64,000 nt of DNA, from the NCBI RefSeq assembly GCF_020745735.1, contig NC_083409.1:10762978-10826977 (forward strand). Direction: 5' to 3'. Shown piece after piece: positions 35,298-48,412 of this stretch. The position numbers and the translations under genes were made by a program. Each line of letters starts with the position of its first letter. The stretch's first letter is position 1. The DNA is from Hemiscyllium ocellatum (Eukaryota). Below the pieces are notes generated by a model. The model had not been told where the DNA came from, made no database searches, and was given only the letters and a program-made list of their open reading frames with translations.

Positions 35298-38290
35298 TAT
35301 GAAGAGAAGGATGTGGAAGCATTTTTCATGTTGTTTCAGAAGATAGCAACACAAGTGAGGTGGGAAAAACAGGTTGGACCTTGCCCGTGCAAAATGAACT
35401 TGAGAAGCACAAGAGGTTTCTACATCCCTGTCAGAGGAATGTTCTCGGGATCATGAGGAAGTGAAATCGGCTATTCTAAGCACATATGAGTTGGCCCCAG
35501 AAACATACAGACAGATGTTTCAGAACTTACACAAACAGCCTGGACAAACCTCTACTGAGTTTAAGAGAGTTTAACAAAATAATATTGACAGGTGGATAAG
35601 AGCATTAACAGCTGAGAATACTTACAATGCTCTCAGAGAAGTTATATTTTGAGAAGAATTTAAAGCTTCCTTCCCTTCTAGAGTTAGAAATTAATGTCGA
35701 AGACCAAAGGGAACGACAGCAAGACAAACAGCTAGAATGGCTGATGATTGTAGACTTTGTTAAACCAAAACCCTGCAGATGCTGGAATCCAAAGTAGACA
35801 AACAGGAGGCTGGAAGAGCACAACAAGCCAAGCAGCATCAGGAGGTGGAGAAGTCACCTGATGGGAGATTAATCCAGAAACCTTTTTCCCATCAGGCCCA
35901 GAAATGGGAGAAAAATAAAAATTGGGAGAGTGTGAGGATGGAAGGTAGCCAGGGGAGAGAAGGGTCAGGAGGGAACAGCCCAAGAACTCCTCCTCAGATT
36001 AAGGAGGAAATTGCTGAGGGTGGAAGTGATGATCAGAAGCTGAAATGTTTCTCTTGGAATAAGGTGGGCCATGTATGTTTGGAATGTTGGAAGTTGTGAG
36101 GTAAACCCAGGGATTTATGGGAGTTAGTAAAATGAATCAGAGAAGGGAACACAAACTGACAATCCCACAGAGCAGGTTGTAGCTGTAACTATAGCAAAAA
36201 GGCCGGAGGTGAATTATGTCATGAGTAAAGGAAGTTGTCAGGTAGATGAGAGGTGGACAGGACTTTTATCAAAAGGAATGGTGACTCCTTTTTCTTCAGC
36301 TAAACCCAGAACCAAACTGAGAGATACAGGAGCAACACAGTCACTTTTACTGGAGAAAAAATTGATTTTCCCTCCAGAGAGCTCAATGGGAGCTAATGTA
36401 TTAATCAATGGGATTGGTGGAGAATATGTTCCACTTCCATTGTATACAGTACAACTGGAATGTGATTTGTTATCAGGAGAAGAAATTGTCGGAATGTGAA
36501 AACATTCCCTGTTGAAGGAGTCGATTTCCTTCTGGGGAATGGTTTGTCAGAACTAAAGGCAGTAGCTTCCCCGATAATTACAGAATGTCCAAAGGAGGGC
36601 CAAGAAACAGAACAATGACAGGAACAGGTTCCTGGTCTCTCTCCTTCGTGTGAGGTAACCAGGGCAATGGTTAAACAAAATCCATCAATAAGGGTTGATG
36701 TGACAAGACAGCAAGTGAAAGGATCGCTGAAACGTTCCAAAAGGGTGAAGATAATCCAGGTGGAGTGGTTGGTATGATGTCACTAATTCCAGCAGATCCA
36801 AAAAGCAGATCCTGAATGAAATAAATGAGCACAGTCAGCTCATAATGAGGTCAAGGCTGAAGGAGTTTCAGAGTGTTATTGTGTTCAGAATGGAGCGCTG
36901 ATGAGGAAGTGGAGACCCCCTCAAAGACCCCCAGAAGAATGGTCGGTTAGACATTGGCTAGTGGTCCCACCCAGCTATCAGAGGGAGATAGTACAAGGGG
37001 CACATGAGACTTTTATGGCAGGTCACATGGGGATTTGGAAAACACAGGCATTCAGAAACAGGTATTTTACTGAGCTACAATTGGATAAAGATGTGGTGCA
37101 GTTTTATAAAACGTGTCTTACTTGTCAAGTTATAGGTAAACATCAATACAAAACCAGCATCCTTAATTCCTTTCCCAGTTTTGAGGAACCATCCCGTCAT
37201 GTACAGGTTTGTCAAGTAGTGAGTATAATAGAGGAGGGGATCAGAAAAAGCTTGAGATCAAAAAAGACCTGGACACTTCCCAAAGTAAACTTCCTGTTAT
37301 TAGATGAACAAATTCAGAGATATTTGAGACTTCAGACACAATTTTTGTATCTGGAGAAAGATCAACAGGTAGATTTAGTGAGGCTGCTCAGACAATACAA
37401 AGATGTTTGTATGAGGAGTCATTGAGGACTTTGGTTCTGTCCTTGATGGAGCTTAGAAAGATGAGAGGGAATGTAATTGAAACTTACAGAATACAGGGTG
37501 GCCTGGATAGAGTGGACATGGAGGAGATGTTTCTAATAATAGGAGAGTTGGAGACGAGGGAACAGCCTCAGAGTGAAGAGATGATCTTTCGAACTGAGTT
37601 GAGAAGGACTTTCTTCAGCCAGAGTGTCATTAATCTGTGGAACTGCAGAGGGCCTTGGAGACCAATTCGTTGAGTGTATTTAAGACAGAGATAGATTGGC
37701 TCTTGATTGGTCAAGGGATCAAGATTTACAGGGAAAAGGGAAGAGATTGGGGCTGAGAAACATTATCAACTGTAAATGACCAGACATGATGGGCCAAATG
37801 GCCCAATTCTGCTCCTTTATCTTGTGGACTTGTATTGATACACTTAGATCTATCACATGAATCAAATATAACATGAATTTGGTAATTCAGACAAAATAAA
37901 ACAAAAACCAACCGAAACCGGCAATGGAACAGAGGGCTTCCATGTTGGAGAATCAGCTGATTGAACCATATCAGAGTAATTGGAGTTCTCCTGTAGTATT
38001 GGCTCCTGAACCAAACTGTTCAATTTAATTCTGTGTAGACTTGAGGAATCTGAGTCTCGTCATAAAACCAGATTCATTCCCTATTCCCAGCTGAGAAGGT
38101 TGTATAAAGAGGGTTTGTAGCATATCATTCTTGTATAAAATTGATTTGTTAAAAGGATGTTGACAAGAACTCACTGATAACTAGAACTAAGCGAGTTTCT
38201 GTATTTATCACACCTAATGGATTATACCCAATGGCAGGTTTTGCTCTGTGGACTTAACAACTCTCCAGGCACATTTGAATGATTATTGTG
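35298..38290 (+). mobile_element. Gmr1-like Ty3/gypsy LTR-retrotransposon relic (gag SCAN-like, CCHC, protease, integrase Zn finger, RT), with a CR1 insert ~37412-37830
   Basis: VKSAILSTYELAPETYRQMF..EEFK (gag); CFSWNKVGHVCLECW; LRDTGATQSLL; HETFMAGH..CLTCQVIGK; then MLENQLIEPYQSNWSSPVVL..FCVDLR..DSFPIP..KIDLLKG (RT). Confidence 0.82.
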
Positions 38291-38690
38291 AAAGTGAACA
38301 AGGTCACACTCCCCCACATTACACTCCATCTGCCCAATATTTCTTCAAAGCCCAGCTGTATCTAATATTCAGCAGGATGGATCTTCACTGAGAAATAACC
38401 ATTTGTAACTAGAATAATGATATCTCTGAGAATCATATTAATAATTGTTTTTATTGAAGCTTTCATAAGTTCTGTGTTGATTGACACAATGCTCTGGTTT
38501 GGGCTTTGCTGTCTGTACAAATCATCTGTCATGTCTTTGCTGCAATGGTTCACATTTACATCATCAAACTCACACTCCAAATACCCGTCATTATTCTCCA
38601 TGGGATTCACTGGCATTGGCTCAGATCGAACTCCCAGCAGCTGAAATGGAGGGAGGGATACGGCTTAGAGAGCAAGAGATGGAGCACAGG

Positions 38691-38723
<33 letters not shown>

Positions 38724-38899
38724 CAATGAAGCACTAAAAGAGAGGGGGATAGACCTTGGACAGAGAAAGAGGTTTGGAATTCAGAGTGAGATCTATGCAG
38801 CTGAGTTAGAGAGGGGTGGGGAGAGTGAGTGAGTGAGAGAGATGGAGTCAAGGAGTTCTATGTCAAAGATAAATTATACTCTGTTAAAGATTGGACTGG

Positions 38900-41800
38900 A
38901 TGAATGCTGACTCTCTGACTCTATGAACACTACCTAGAAAGCTGCCTAACTTTGTGTCATTAGCAAACTAGAGTATCTGACTTTCTATGTCATTATCCAG
39001 TGCATTAATAAATAATATAAATAATTGAGGTGTGCGCACACATTCCTATTGAACACCACTGGTCACATCCTGCCAATTTCAGCAGTTACCCATTATCTCT
39101 GTTTTCTGTCACCTGTCACTCAACCAATTTCGGTATGGCAGTATTTTAGCCTCAATTCTGTGGATTTCTAACTGAGTTGAACAGTTTCTTACATGGGATT
39201 TTATCAAATGCCCTCTGGAAGTGCCTATAAACAACATCCATTGACATTACTGTCTCCAGTAATTTTGTTTCCTCTTCAAAAATGTTCAATGAGATTTTTC
39301 ACCATGACCAACTTGTCATGAATCCTTGCTGATTCTCCCTGATTAACTGATCATTTTCAAGGTCTTCAGTTACCCCCATCCTTGATTATAGACTACAACA
39401 ATTTCCACACCACAAACGTTGGCTTAATGACCTGTAATTCCCTGGCTTTTCTCTGACATCTTTGTTAAATGTGAAATGAAATTTGCAATTTTCCAGTTCA
39501 GAGGTACGACTCCTGAATCCAGGTAACTCTGAAAGATTATAGTCAGGGTGTCTGCAATGTGGTTTATTACTACTTTTTACCCTCAGGTTCTGAGGATTTG
39601 TCACTCTTTAGTTCCATTATTTTCCTTATTACACATGTTCTATTGACATTAACTTTATTGAGGTGACACAGTGGTTAGCACTGCTGCCTCACAGCACCAG
39701 AGTCCCAGGTTCAATTCCAGCCTTGGGCAATTGCCTGTGTGGAGTTTGCACATTGTCTGCATGGGTTTCCTCCTACTATCCAAAGATGTGCAGGTCAGAT
39801 GAATTGGTCATACTAAATTGCCCATAGCGTTAGGTGCATTAGTCAGAGGGAAAATGGGTCTGGGTGGGTTACTCTTCGGAGGGTCGGTGTGGACTGGTTG
39901 GGCCAAAAGGCATGTTTGCACACTGCAGGGAATCTAATCAGTCCCTGACACAGATCCTCTGTTAATTCCTTTGGGACTTCAGGCAAGTCCTCTTCCTTTT
40001 CTACTGCAAATCTTGAGGTAAAGTATTTATTTAACATGGCTGTCATTTCCCCATTGTCACTGACAATATCCCTCACTTTCAGTCTTTAATGGCCAACATT
40101 GCTCCTGACCTCCCAGCTTCCCTTTTATGGAACTGTAACATTTCTCCTGATTGATTTTGTTACATGTTTCCTTTCAGAATCCCTTTTGGTAGCTCTTAGA
40201 AGCTGATATGTGGCCCTTTTGTATCCTTCCCATTCAGCGGAATCTGTCCTTATTTTTTGCTTTTCTATAAGCCTTTTTTAACATTTTATTCTTTCCCTTA
40301 TCTCTTTAATTGACCATTGTTGTTTGTTCGCTTTTCCCTCTCAGGTATAAAGTAGCTTTGTTTTGTGTTGAATGTTCCTTTAAATATTCCCCACTGTTCT
40401 TCAGTTGTTTTACCCATGAGCTGATTTTCCCAGTTTATTGTGGACAGTTTCTGTCGCATCTTGTTAAAGTCGGCCCTTACCTTAATCTCAAAATCGAGCA
40501 GCTGATTCATTCTTTTTACTTTCAAATGCGACACTGAACTAGATCATGTTATGATCACTATTTGATAAATTTCATGCACAAATAGTTACGAACTAAATCT
40601 GGCTCATTATTCATTACTAATTCCAATATTGCTTGTCCCCTTGTTGTATCCAGGACCTATTGCTGTTGGAAACTATTCTGGACACACAGCAGCAATTCAC
40701 TACCTTTCTGACAGAGGGCTTGTCTGTCTCCCAATCTAAGTTAAAGTTAAACTTCCCCATTAATAATACACTGGCTTTGCTACACACTTGTCTAATTCCT
40801 CCATTTATATAATCCAGCACCTCAGAGCTGCTGTCAGGGGGGTCTGTATCCAACATCTACTACAGTTTTAGATCCTTTCCTGCTCCTCAGTCCCACTGAT
40901 GTTTTCCCTCATTATGACCTCCCTCACCATTGAAGCCATTTTTTCCCTCATCAATGAAGCTGCTCCACCTCTTCTGCCATTTCCCATATCCATCCTGTGA
41001 ACCTTCTAACCCGATAGATATCGTTCCCAATCTGAATGATTCTGCAACTATGGCTCAGTAATTGATCCGGTACCACAATCTTAAATTTGAATTTGTGCCT
41101 GCAGATTATTGTATTTATTCCTTACGCTCCGTGCATTCGTATGTAGGACTCTTATTTGGTCCATTCACTGGACTCTGTTCCTCAGCACTGATGCTGTACT
41201 CACCTCTTTCTTATTTCTCTCCATCTGTTTAATCAATATCCTTCTGATAGCTTTCCAGATATTGTCCAAATAGGGCTTTTGCCGATTTTTGCTGATGTTG
41301 TTGGTCCCAACACAGACAACAACAACTGGATCCTCAACCGCCCCCACCCCCACCCCCCACCCACCCCCCCCCCAAGTCTGTTATACTTAAAAGCCGGCTC
41401 GAGATGCCCTTACCTTGAAACCAGGCAGGCAACACACCATGTGGGGCTCTCAATCCTGCTCACAAAGGATGCTATCAGTTCCCCTCATTATCAAGACCCC
41501 TCTTTTCTTTATGCTCCCCCAATCTGAGTGGCCTCCTGGACCATGGTGCAGTGGTTTCCTTCGTTCATTCATAGGAAATGGACATCTCTGGCCAAGCCAG
41601 CAATGACTGCCCTTAGGAGTCATCGAATCATAGAATCCATACCGTGTGAAACAGGCCATTCAGACCAATGAGTCCACACCAACATTCTGAAGAGCATCCC
41701 ACCCAGACTTGTCTCCCTACCTTATCCCTGTAAATCTGCATCTCCCATGGCTAATGCACCTAACCTACACATCCCTACATTTTCCCCAGTTTAGACATTA

Positions 41801-42290
41801 TAATTTCTGCTCTATCTTTATCTTTTTATATAATGACTTTGAAACTTACAGAGTTATGGTCACTATCACCAAAATCCTCAAACGACATTTGCCCATTCTC
41901 CCGACAATCCTTTTCCTCATTGACACAGGGAGCAAGTCCCTCATTCCTGTTGGACAAGGAGCTGAGGCACCTGTAAGGCTAAATCCAGGCTGCATCGACC
42001 TGTTCACTTTTGGTCACACCCTCCTGTCCCTGACCACTGGCCATAATTTGAAGTATTTAACCTACAAGGTGTGACTGTCTCCCCAAACACAGTGCCCAGG
42101 TAACTCTCCCCCCCCTGGTGTGTCGCAGTGTTTGAAGCTCAGATTCCAGCTCATCAACTCTGAGCTGGAGTGCCTTGAGCAACCAACACTTGCTGTAGAT
42201 GTGGTCACTCTGAGCTACAATGGGCTCCACCACCTTCCCCATCGTACAATTACTACACATCGCCCGGCCCTGTATGTGGAAATTATTTGA
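38900..42290 (-). mobile_element. Fragmented CR1 (RT, endonuclease, ORF1) with insertions
   Basis: ORF1 N-terminus CSNCTM..CWLLKALQLRVDELESELQTLRH 42057-42260; VVVVCVGTNNI; LLMGKFNFNLDW; RADFNKMRQKL. Confidence 0.75.
39662..39939 (+). mobile_element. HE1-type V-SINE
   Basis: ggtgacacagtggttagcactgctgcc..ggttcaattcc..V domain..aatctaatc tail. Confidence 0.85.
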
Positions 42291-42849
42291 GGAGTTTTTA
42301 ATTTATATTTAAAATTTGCTGCTGGTCTTTAGTTTTTAATCTGTAAAATATTTCCGTCCAGGAGACAGAGAATGTGCCAGCACAGGAGGAGGCTGTTCAG
42401 CCCCTCGTGTCAGTGCTAGCTGTTTACGAGCCTCAATCACAATGAACATCTCCATTGAATGTCTGTTGTCAGGAAGTGATTGAGTCTGTTTTTAGAGACA
42501 GAATAACGGACAAATATGAACTGGTCCGAGAGAGTCAGCATGGATTGACAAAGGTTCAGACATCTTTAACTAACCGGGTTACACTTTGTTAGGAGCTCAC
42601 TAGTGTGGGATATAAGGGAATGTCGATGGCTATTGTCTATAGGGAATTCCAAAAGATATTTAAGAATGTTCCACAAAAGAAACATTGATTCAGATCTTAC
42701 ACTCCACAACCATCTGATGAAGGAGCAGCGCTCCAAACGCTAATGCTTCCAAACAAACCTGTTGCATTAGAATCTGGTGTTCTGTGATTTTTAACATTTA
42801 CATAACAGTCCAACACCGGCATCTCCAAATCATGGAATTGGATGGAATT

Positions 42850-43772
42850 TGAGAAATGCATTTACGTTGGGTCAGGAATGAGTCTGTCTAGGAGACAGAG
42901 AGGAAGGATAATGTGCATGTGTTCCAATGAGCCAGATGTGAGTAGTGGTATTCCCAGGGATCTGTGCTGGGACCACAGCTTTTCACGATATTTCTCAGTG
43001 ACTTGGATGAAGAAACAGAGAGCCGTATATCCAAGATTATTGATCACACTGAGTGAGGCAGCTTGGAGGAGGTCACAGAGATAGGGAGGGTGGAAGAACA
43101 GGGAGCAGATTGAGAACAAGGATGGGAATTTGAAAATCGAGGTGTTGCTGGACCAGGAGCTGATGTCAGTCAGCTAGGATTGTGTGGTTATAGTGGGGTG
43201 GGGAGGCATGGGCAGGAGTATGGGGTGGACTTGGTGTGAGTTTGAACACAGACAGCAGAGTTTGGAATGAGTTGATGTTTACGGAAGTCAGTGGCTGTGA
43301 TGTGGGCCTGGATAACATTGGAATGGTCTCAAAAACATGGTTGAGATTTTCAGTGGCTGATAATTGTGATGTGGAGGATTTGGGCCTCAAATCAGCCCAA
43401 AGATGAGGCCAAAGTTGTAAAGAGTCTGGTAGAGCAGCAGACAGTGCTCAGGGAGAGGGATGGAGTTTGTACCGGGAGCTGAAGAGGATGGCTTTGATCT
43501 TCCCAATGTGTTTCCCAGTGAGCCTGGCTCCTCAGTCCTGACTGCTCTTAGCTGCTGTGATTGTCACTGATTGGACACTTATTATTAGAGATTCTGACCA
43601 CAGCAGAAAGCCCCAGTGTAAAAAATAACTGCAAAGACTGTCAGAGTACAAGGTTGAAACTTCACCAAGAGAGGAAGTGAAAGAAGGAGCTCGGAGCAGT
43701 TGGGTGTTTGTTACTGAGATGGGAGAAAACTGTGAACCGTCTGCACTCCCTGGAATCTGACAGCACAGGAGG
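42850..43772 (-). repeat. Inverted duplicate of ~19785-20690
   Basis: E.g. 19840-19900 tcagtaacaaacacccagcagctccgagctccttctttcacttcctc is the reverse complement of ~43673-43718 gaggaagtgaaagaaggagctcggagcagttgggtgtttgttactga; includes unique sequence plus shared LINE fragments. Confidence 0.88.
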
Positions 43773-44358
43773 AGGCCATTCAGCCCATCATGCCTTTGAA
43801 TGATCCAGTTAATCCCACTGCTCCCCTCTCTCTCCCCGTAACCCAGCAAATCTTTCCTTTACAGCTCAATCTCCAATTCCCTCTCATAACCTCATGTCCA
43901 CAGAGTGAGACTGCCCTGAACCTGGGCTTCAAATTGGCATCTCATTCATTCATTGGGAGACAAACTGCCTGGGCTGGGAAATGGAGTTCAGTACCCTGAA
44001 CATTCCCTCTCCCCTCCTGAGGGACACTTCATTTGGTTTTGCATATTCACTTGTGGGAAGTGGGCTTCACCGGCTGGGCCAACATTTTTTACCCTGTCCC
44101 TAGTTGCCCTGGAGTAGGTGGTGGGAAGCTGCCATCTTGAATTGTTGTCGTCTACAAGCTGTAAGTTGACCCACAATGCCAGCATTTTAACCCAGCAAGG
44201 CTGAGGGATCAGCGACATATTTCCAAGTCCGGATGCTAAGCTTTTTCGAGGGGAACTTGCAGCTCAGTGTTCCCATGTATCTGCTGCTCTTGTTCTAAAT
44301 GGAAGTGAACGTGGGTTGGAAGGGAAACCAAAAGAACTGCAGATGCTGTAAATCTGAG

Positions 44359-44516
44359 ACAAAAATAGAAAGTGCTGGAAAAGCTCAGCAGGTCTGGCAG
44401 CATCTGTGAAGAGAAATCAGAGTTAATATTTCATGCTCAACCAGAAATGTCAATTCTGATTTCTCTCCAAGATGCTGCCAGACCTGCTGAGCTTTTCCTG
44501 CAATTTTTATTTTTGT
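44359..44516. repeat. Palindromic Penelope-type terminal-repeat pair
   Basis: Arms ..ggaaaagctcagcaggtctggcagcatct..gagaaatcaga and tctgatttctc..agatgctgccagacctgctgagcttttcc.. Confidence 0.7.
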
Positions 44517-46959
44517 CCATGGGTTTGGAAGGTGCTATCTGAAGATCGGTGATGAATTTCTGCAGTGCATCTTATCAATAATATACACTGCTGCTATGGA
44601 GCGTCAGTGACGGTGAGTTTGGATGCTTTGAGAATGCGATGCCAATCAAGGAGTTTGCTTTGCTCTGGATGGTATCAAGTTTTTTGAGTGGATAAGAAAG
44701 ACATAGGATACAATCGACATAGATAGGAAAGGTTTCAAGGGATATGTGTGAAATGCAGGCAAATAAGATGAGTTCACTTCAGAAAACCTGGTCAGCATGT
44801 AGAAGTTTGGCTTAAGGGTTTGTTTCTGTGCTGTATGACTCTGTGACACTATCAATCTATGAATGTTGTTGGAGCTGCACCTGTCCAGGCAAGTGGGGAG
44901 TATTTGCTCACACTCCTGACTTGGTTGACAGGCTTTGGGGGATCAGGAGGTGAGTTACTGGATGCAGTATTCCTAGCCTCTAACTTGCTCTTGTAACCAC
45001 TGTGTTTCTTTGGTGAATCCAGTTGTGTTTCTGGTCAATGGCACCTCAAGAATGTTCATAGTGGGGATTCAGTGATGGTAATAGCATTGATTATCAAGGG
45101 GCTATGTTAAGATTGTCTCTTATTGGTGATGGTGATTGGCTGGCATTTGCATGGCACCAATGGGAAATGTCACTTCTCAGACAAAACCTGGATATTGTCC
45201 AGATATTGTTGCATTTGCACGTGGACTGCTTCAGTATCTGAGCAGTTGGGAAGAGTGCTGAGCATTGTGCAATACGAGTTTGCCTTGAGTTGCAATATCT
45301 GTTCGGGGTCTGTCCTATTTAGTACGGTGATAGTACCACACAACACAATGGAGGGGATTCTCAATGTGAAGGTCAGACTTTGTTTCCACAAGGACTGTGT
45401 GATGGTCACTCTTACCAATACTGTCAAGGACAGATGCATCTACAGCCACAAGATTGGTGAGGATGGGGTCAAGCATCTTTTTCCATCTTTTGGTTCCAGC
45501 TGCAGAGCCAGTCCCTCAGCTACATCCATGAGGAACCAACCAGCTCGATCAGTAATGCTGCTGCCGAGCCACTCTCAGTGGTAGACATTGAAACCCCCCA
45601 TCCAGTGTACACTCTCTGCTGTCATCACCCTCAGTGCTTCCTCCAAATATTGTTCAACATCCAGGAGAGACTGATTCATCAGCCGAGGGAGCAAGATATC
45701 TTGTAATCACCAGGAGGTTTCCTCGCCCATGTTTAACCTGGTGTCATGAGTCTTTATAGGGTCCAGAGCCAACTTTGAGACTTCCCAGGGTAACTCCCTT
45801 CTGGCTGCAGACCACTGTGTCATCAGCTCTGCTGGGTCTGCCTTTCTGGTGGGACAGGACACATGCAGGGACAGTGATGGTGGTGTCTGGGACATTGTCT
45901 GTAAGGTGTGGTTCTGTGAGTATGGCTGTGTCAGGCTGTTGCTTGAGTCATCTGTAAGACAGCTCTCCTGAATTTGGCACTAGCTCCCAGATGTCAGTAA
46001 GGAGGACAGAGCAGGGTAGACAGGATGTTTCTGTCATTGTCTTTTCGGTGTCTAGATCGATGCCTGTGGTCTCATTTCTTTGTTGAAACATTGTCATAAT
46101 TGATACAACTGAGAGCCTTGCTCGGCCATTTCAGAGGGCACTAGAGAGTCAACCACATTGCTAGAGGACAGTGCCGTGTACCTCGGCAGTACATTCCGAC
46201 CTCCCCACTTCCCCATTCTGTATATGGAAGGCGGAAGCCTGCCAGCAGGATATTCACCCGCAGGAGCTATCACAGCCCGTGTGCAATTCTGTCCCCACAT
46301 TAAATCCACACAAATCCTGAATTCACATAACACCTTCAATGTCCAAACATTCCAAGAATGTTCACAAAGTTGCAGTAGAGGGATGGGGGAGAGGGTGGAG
46401 GAACATAAGAACTAGGAGCAGGAGCAGGCAATTCAGCCCCTCGAGCCCACTCCACCATTTAATACAATCATGGCTGATCCCATCTCAGACTCAACTCCAC
46501 TTTCCTGCCCACTCTCCATCATCCTTTAACCCATTACCCATTAAATATCTGTCCATCTCCTCCTTGGTGTGAGACAGGGAAGGGACCACTCCATTTCAGA
46601 AAAGACTGACCATGGAAGGGGAAGGAGAGGGGAAGGGATTGGAACATGTTGTGAATGGACAGGATGGGTCAGTGGGTCAGAGCCTGTCCTGTGCCTCCAA
46701 CTCACGTGATGATCTGAGGATCTCCTCTCTCTGCTAGGCCTTCACGGAATGAGGTTTGTGTCCAAATCAGTCCCCAGTGAGAATAGGCCAACAGCACAGA
46801 ACAGCACAGAACTGCCCTTCATTTGACCAGAATCTGTCCATCTTCCTGAGAGAGGCCAAACCTGGTCAACGTGGAAATAGGGCCTTACTCCAGGAGAGAC
46901 GGGGTCAGGGTTAACATCCATTAGTGGGACAGAGCAGAGGGAGATTTATCCTGCATTCA

Positions 46960-47660
46960 CTGTCACCACCCAGGACACTGTCAGAAAGAGAGAGCAGTGA
47001 GGCAGAGAGAGAGATGGAGGGAAAAAAAGTGTGTGTGTGTGGTGTGTGGTGTGTGAGTGAGAGAGAGAGAGAGAAAGAAAGAAAGAAAATGAGAGAGAGA
47101 GATAGAGGGACGAGCATCTGATACGGTGTAAGATATGTGAGGGGACCGAGAGAGGTAGAAGGAGGTAAAAATGGTGAGGTTGAGGGATAGAGAGAGAAAC
47201 AAGATGTGAGACAGTGTGACTGAGAGGGATGGAGAGAGACAAAGACAACAAGGAGAGAGAGGAAAAAGAGACAGGATGGGTGTGAGACTAAGCATGAAGA
47301 GAGTTGAGAGGGAGGGTAGGGTTGAGTGTGAGAGAGAAGAGAGATGAGTATGGGTAGATTTATAATGACAGAGAGAGAGGGAGAGAGACTGCAAATTGGG
47401 TTGAGAGAGGGAGGAGAGAGAAAGAGGAGGAATTAGAGAGTGACAGATAACATTTGGAGGCTTTTAATTGAAGTGAGAGAGGGAGCGAGTAACAGAGACA
47501 GTGAGAGATGGAGAAACAGATGATAAGATGGAAGTAGAAAGCATCAGTGAGTTGGAGAGAGTGGCTATGAGACAGAGTGCGTGTGTGGTTGTGAGAGAGG
47601 GAGAGAACATGAAAGAGATTAACAGTGGGAGAGAGAGATAGAGGTAGAGAGAAAGAAATG
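46960..47660 (+). repeat. GA-rich low-complexity tract (counterpart CT-rich ~15850-16180)
   Basis: Imperfect (GA)n/(GT)n runs seen directly. Confidence 0.8.
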
Positions 47661-48192
47661 GCAGATGTGAGTCAGAGGAGAGAGGGACAAGTCCTGGTCA
47701 CCACACTCTGGGAAGAATGTGATGTACCTGAGAGGGTACAGGGGAGATTTCCAGGATGCTGCCTGAATGTGAGCTTTGGGCACACCTCCTCCCTGCCCAG
47801 CCCTGTTGATTTTTATATGTTTCAATCAGATCCCCTCTCATCGTTCTGAACACGAGTGAGTCCATGGCCAGGCGAGTTGGAGAGTGAGAGGGAGAGTTGA
47901 GAAGAAATGTTTTCACCTAAGGGTGTTGGGAGTCTGGAACTCACTGCCTTAAAGGTCTGGTTGAGTCACAAACTCTCGTGACATTGGAGCAGTGTTTAGA
48001 TTTCCCTTGTGTTGCTGTACCCCCAGGGTAATGGGCCCAAGAGCTGGAGGATGGGATTAGTGTCATCAGATCTTTGTTTACCAGCACAGACACAATGGAC
48101 CAAATGCCTCATTCATGCTGTTTTCACATCAATGACTCTGAGCAGAGAGAGTGACAGGAGAGAGAGAAGAGAGAAGAGGAAGTGTGAGGGGC

Positions 48193-48272
48193 TGACGTGG
48201 CTCTCTCTGCCTGATGCCATTTACATACTGAGGAACACCCAGTCAGACTCTCACAGGCTGCAGCTTTATAAA
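48193..48272 (+). promoter_or_regulatory. Second (inverted) V promoter
   Basis: TGACGT 48193-48198, ATTTACAT 48219-48226, TTTATAAA 48265-48272; reverse complement of 14782-14861. Confidence 0.72.
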
Positions 48273-48331
48273 GCAGAGCCAGTGAAGGGAGAGTTTATCA
48301 GGAACCAGGCACAGGGACAGGAGCACACACC

Positions 48332-48380
48332 ATGATTTCACACATCCAGCTGATCTGGCCCCTGGCATTCTGTGTCGCAG
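48332..48380 (+). CDS. Second Ig light-chain leader exon, opposite orientation; downstream V lost in the assembly gap
   Basis: MISHIQLIWPLAFCVA(G), identical to 14673-14721; GT at 48381-48382; only 32 nt of intron before the Ns. Confidence 0.88.
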
Positions 48381-48412
48381 GTACAAATCTCTCTCCTTCC
48401 ACCTTGAATCTT

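Larger units (their letters stand above)
46602..48412 (-). repeat. Inverted duplicate of the V upstream region 14641-16564
   Basis: Reverse complement aligns from aagattcaaggtggaagg (14641/48412) to ccatggtcagtct (~16564/46602). The 14.6-16.6 kb copy has ~0.5 kb extra (~15260-15770); this copy has a longer GA tract. Confidence 0.92.
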
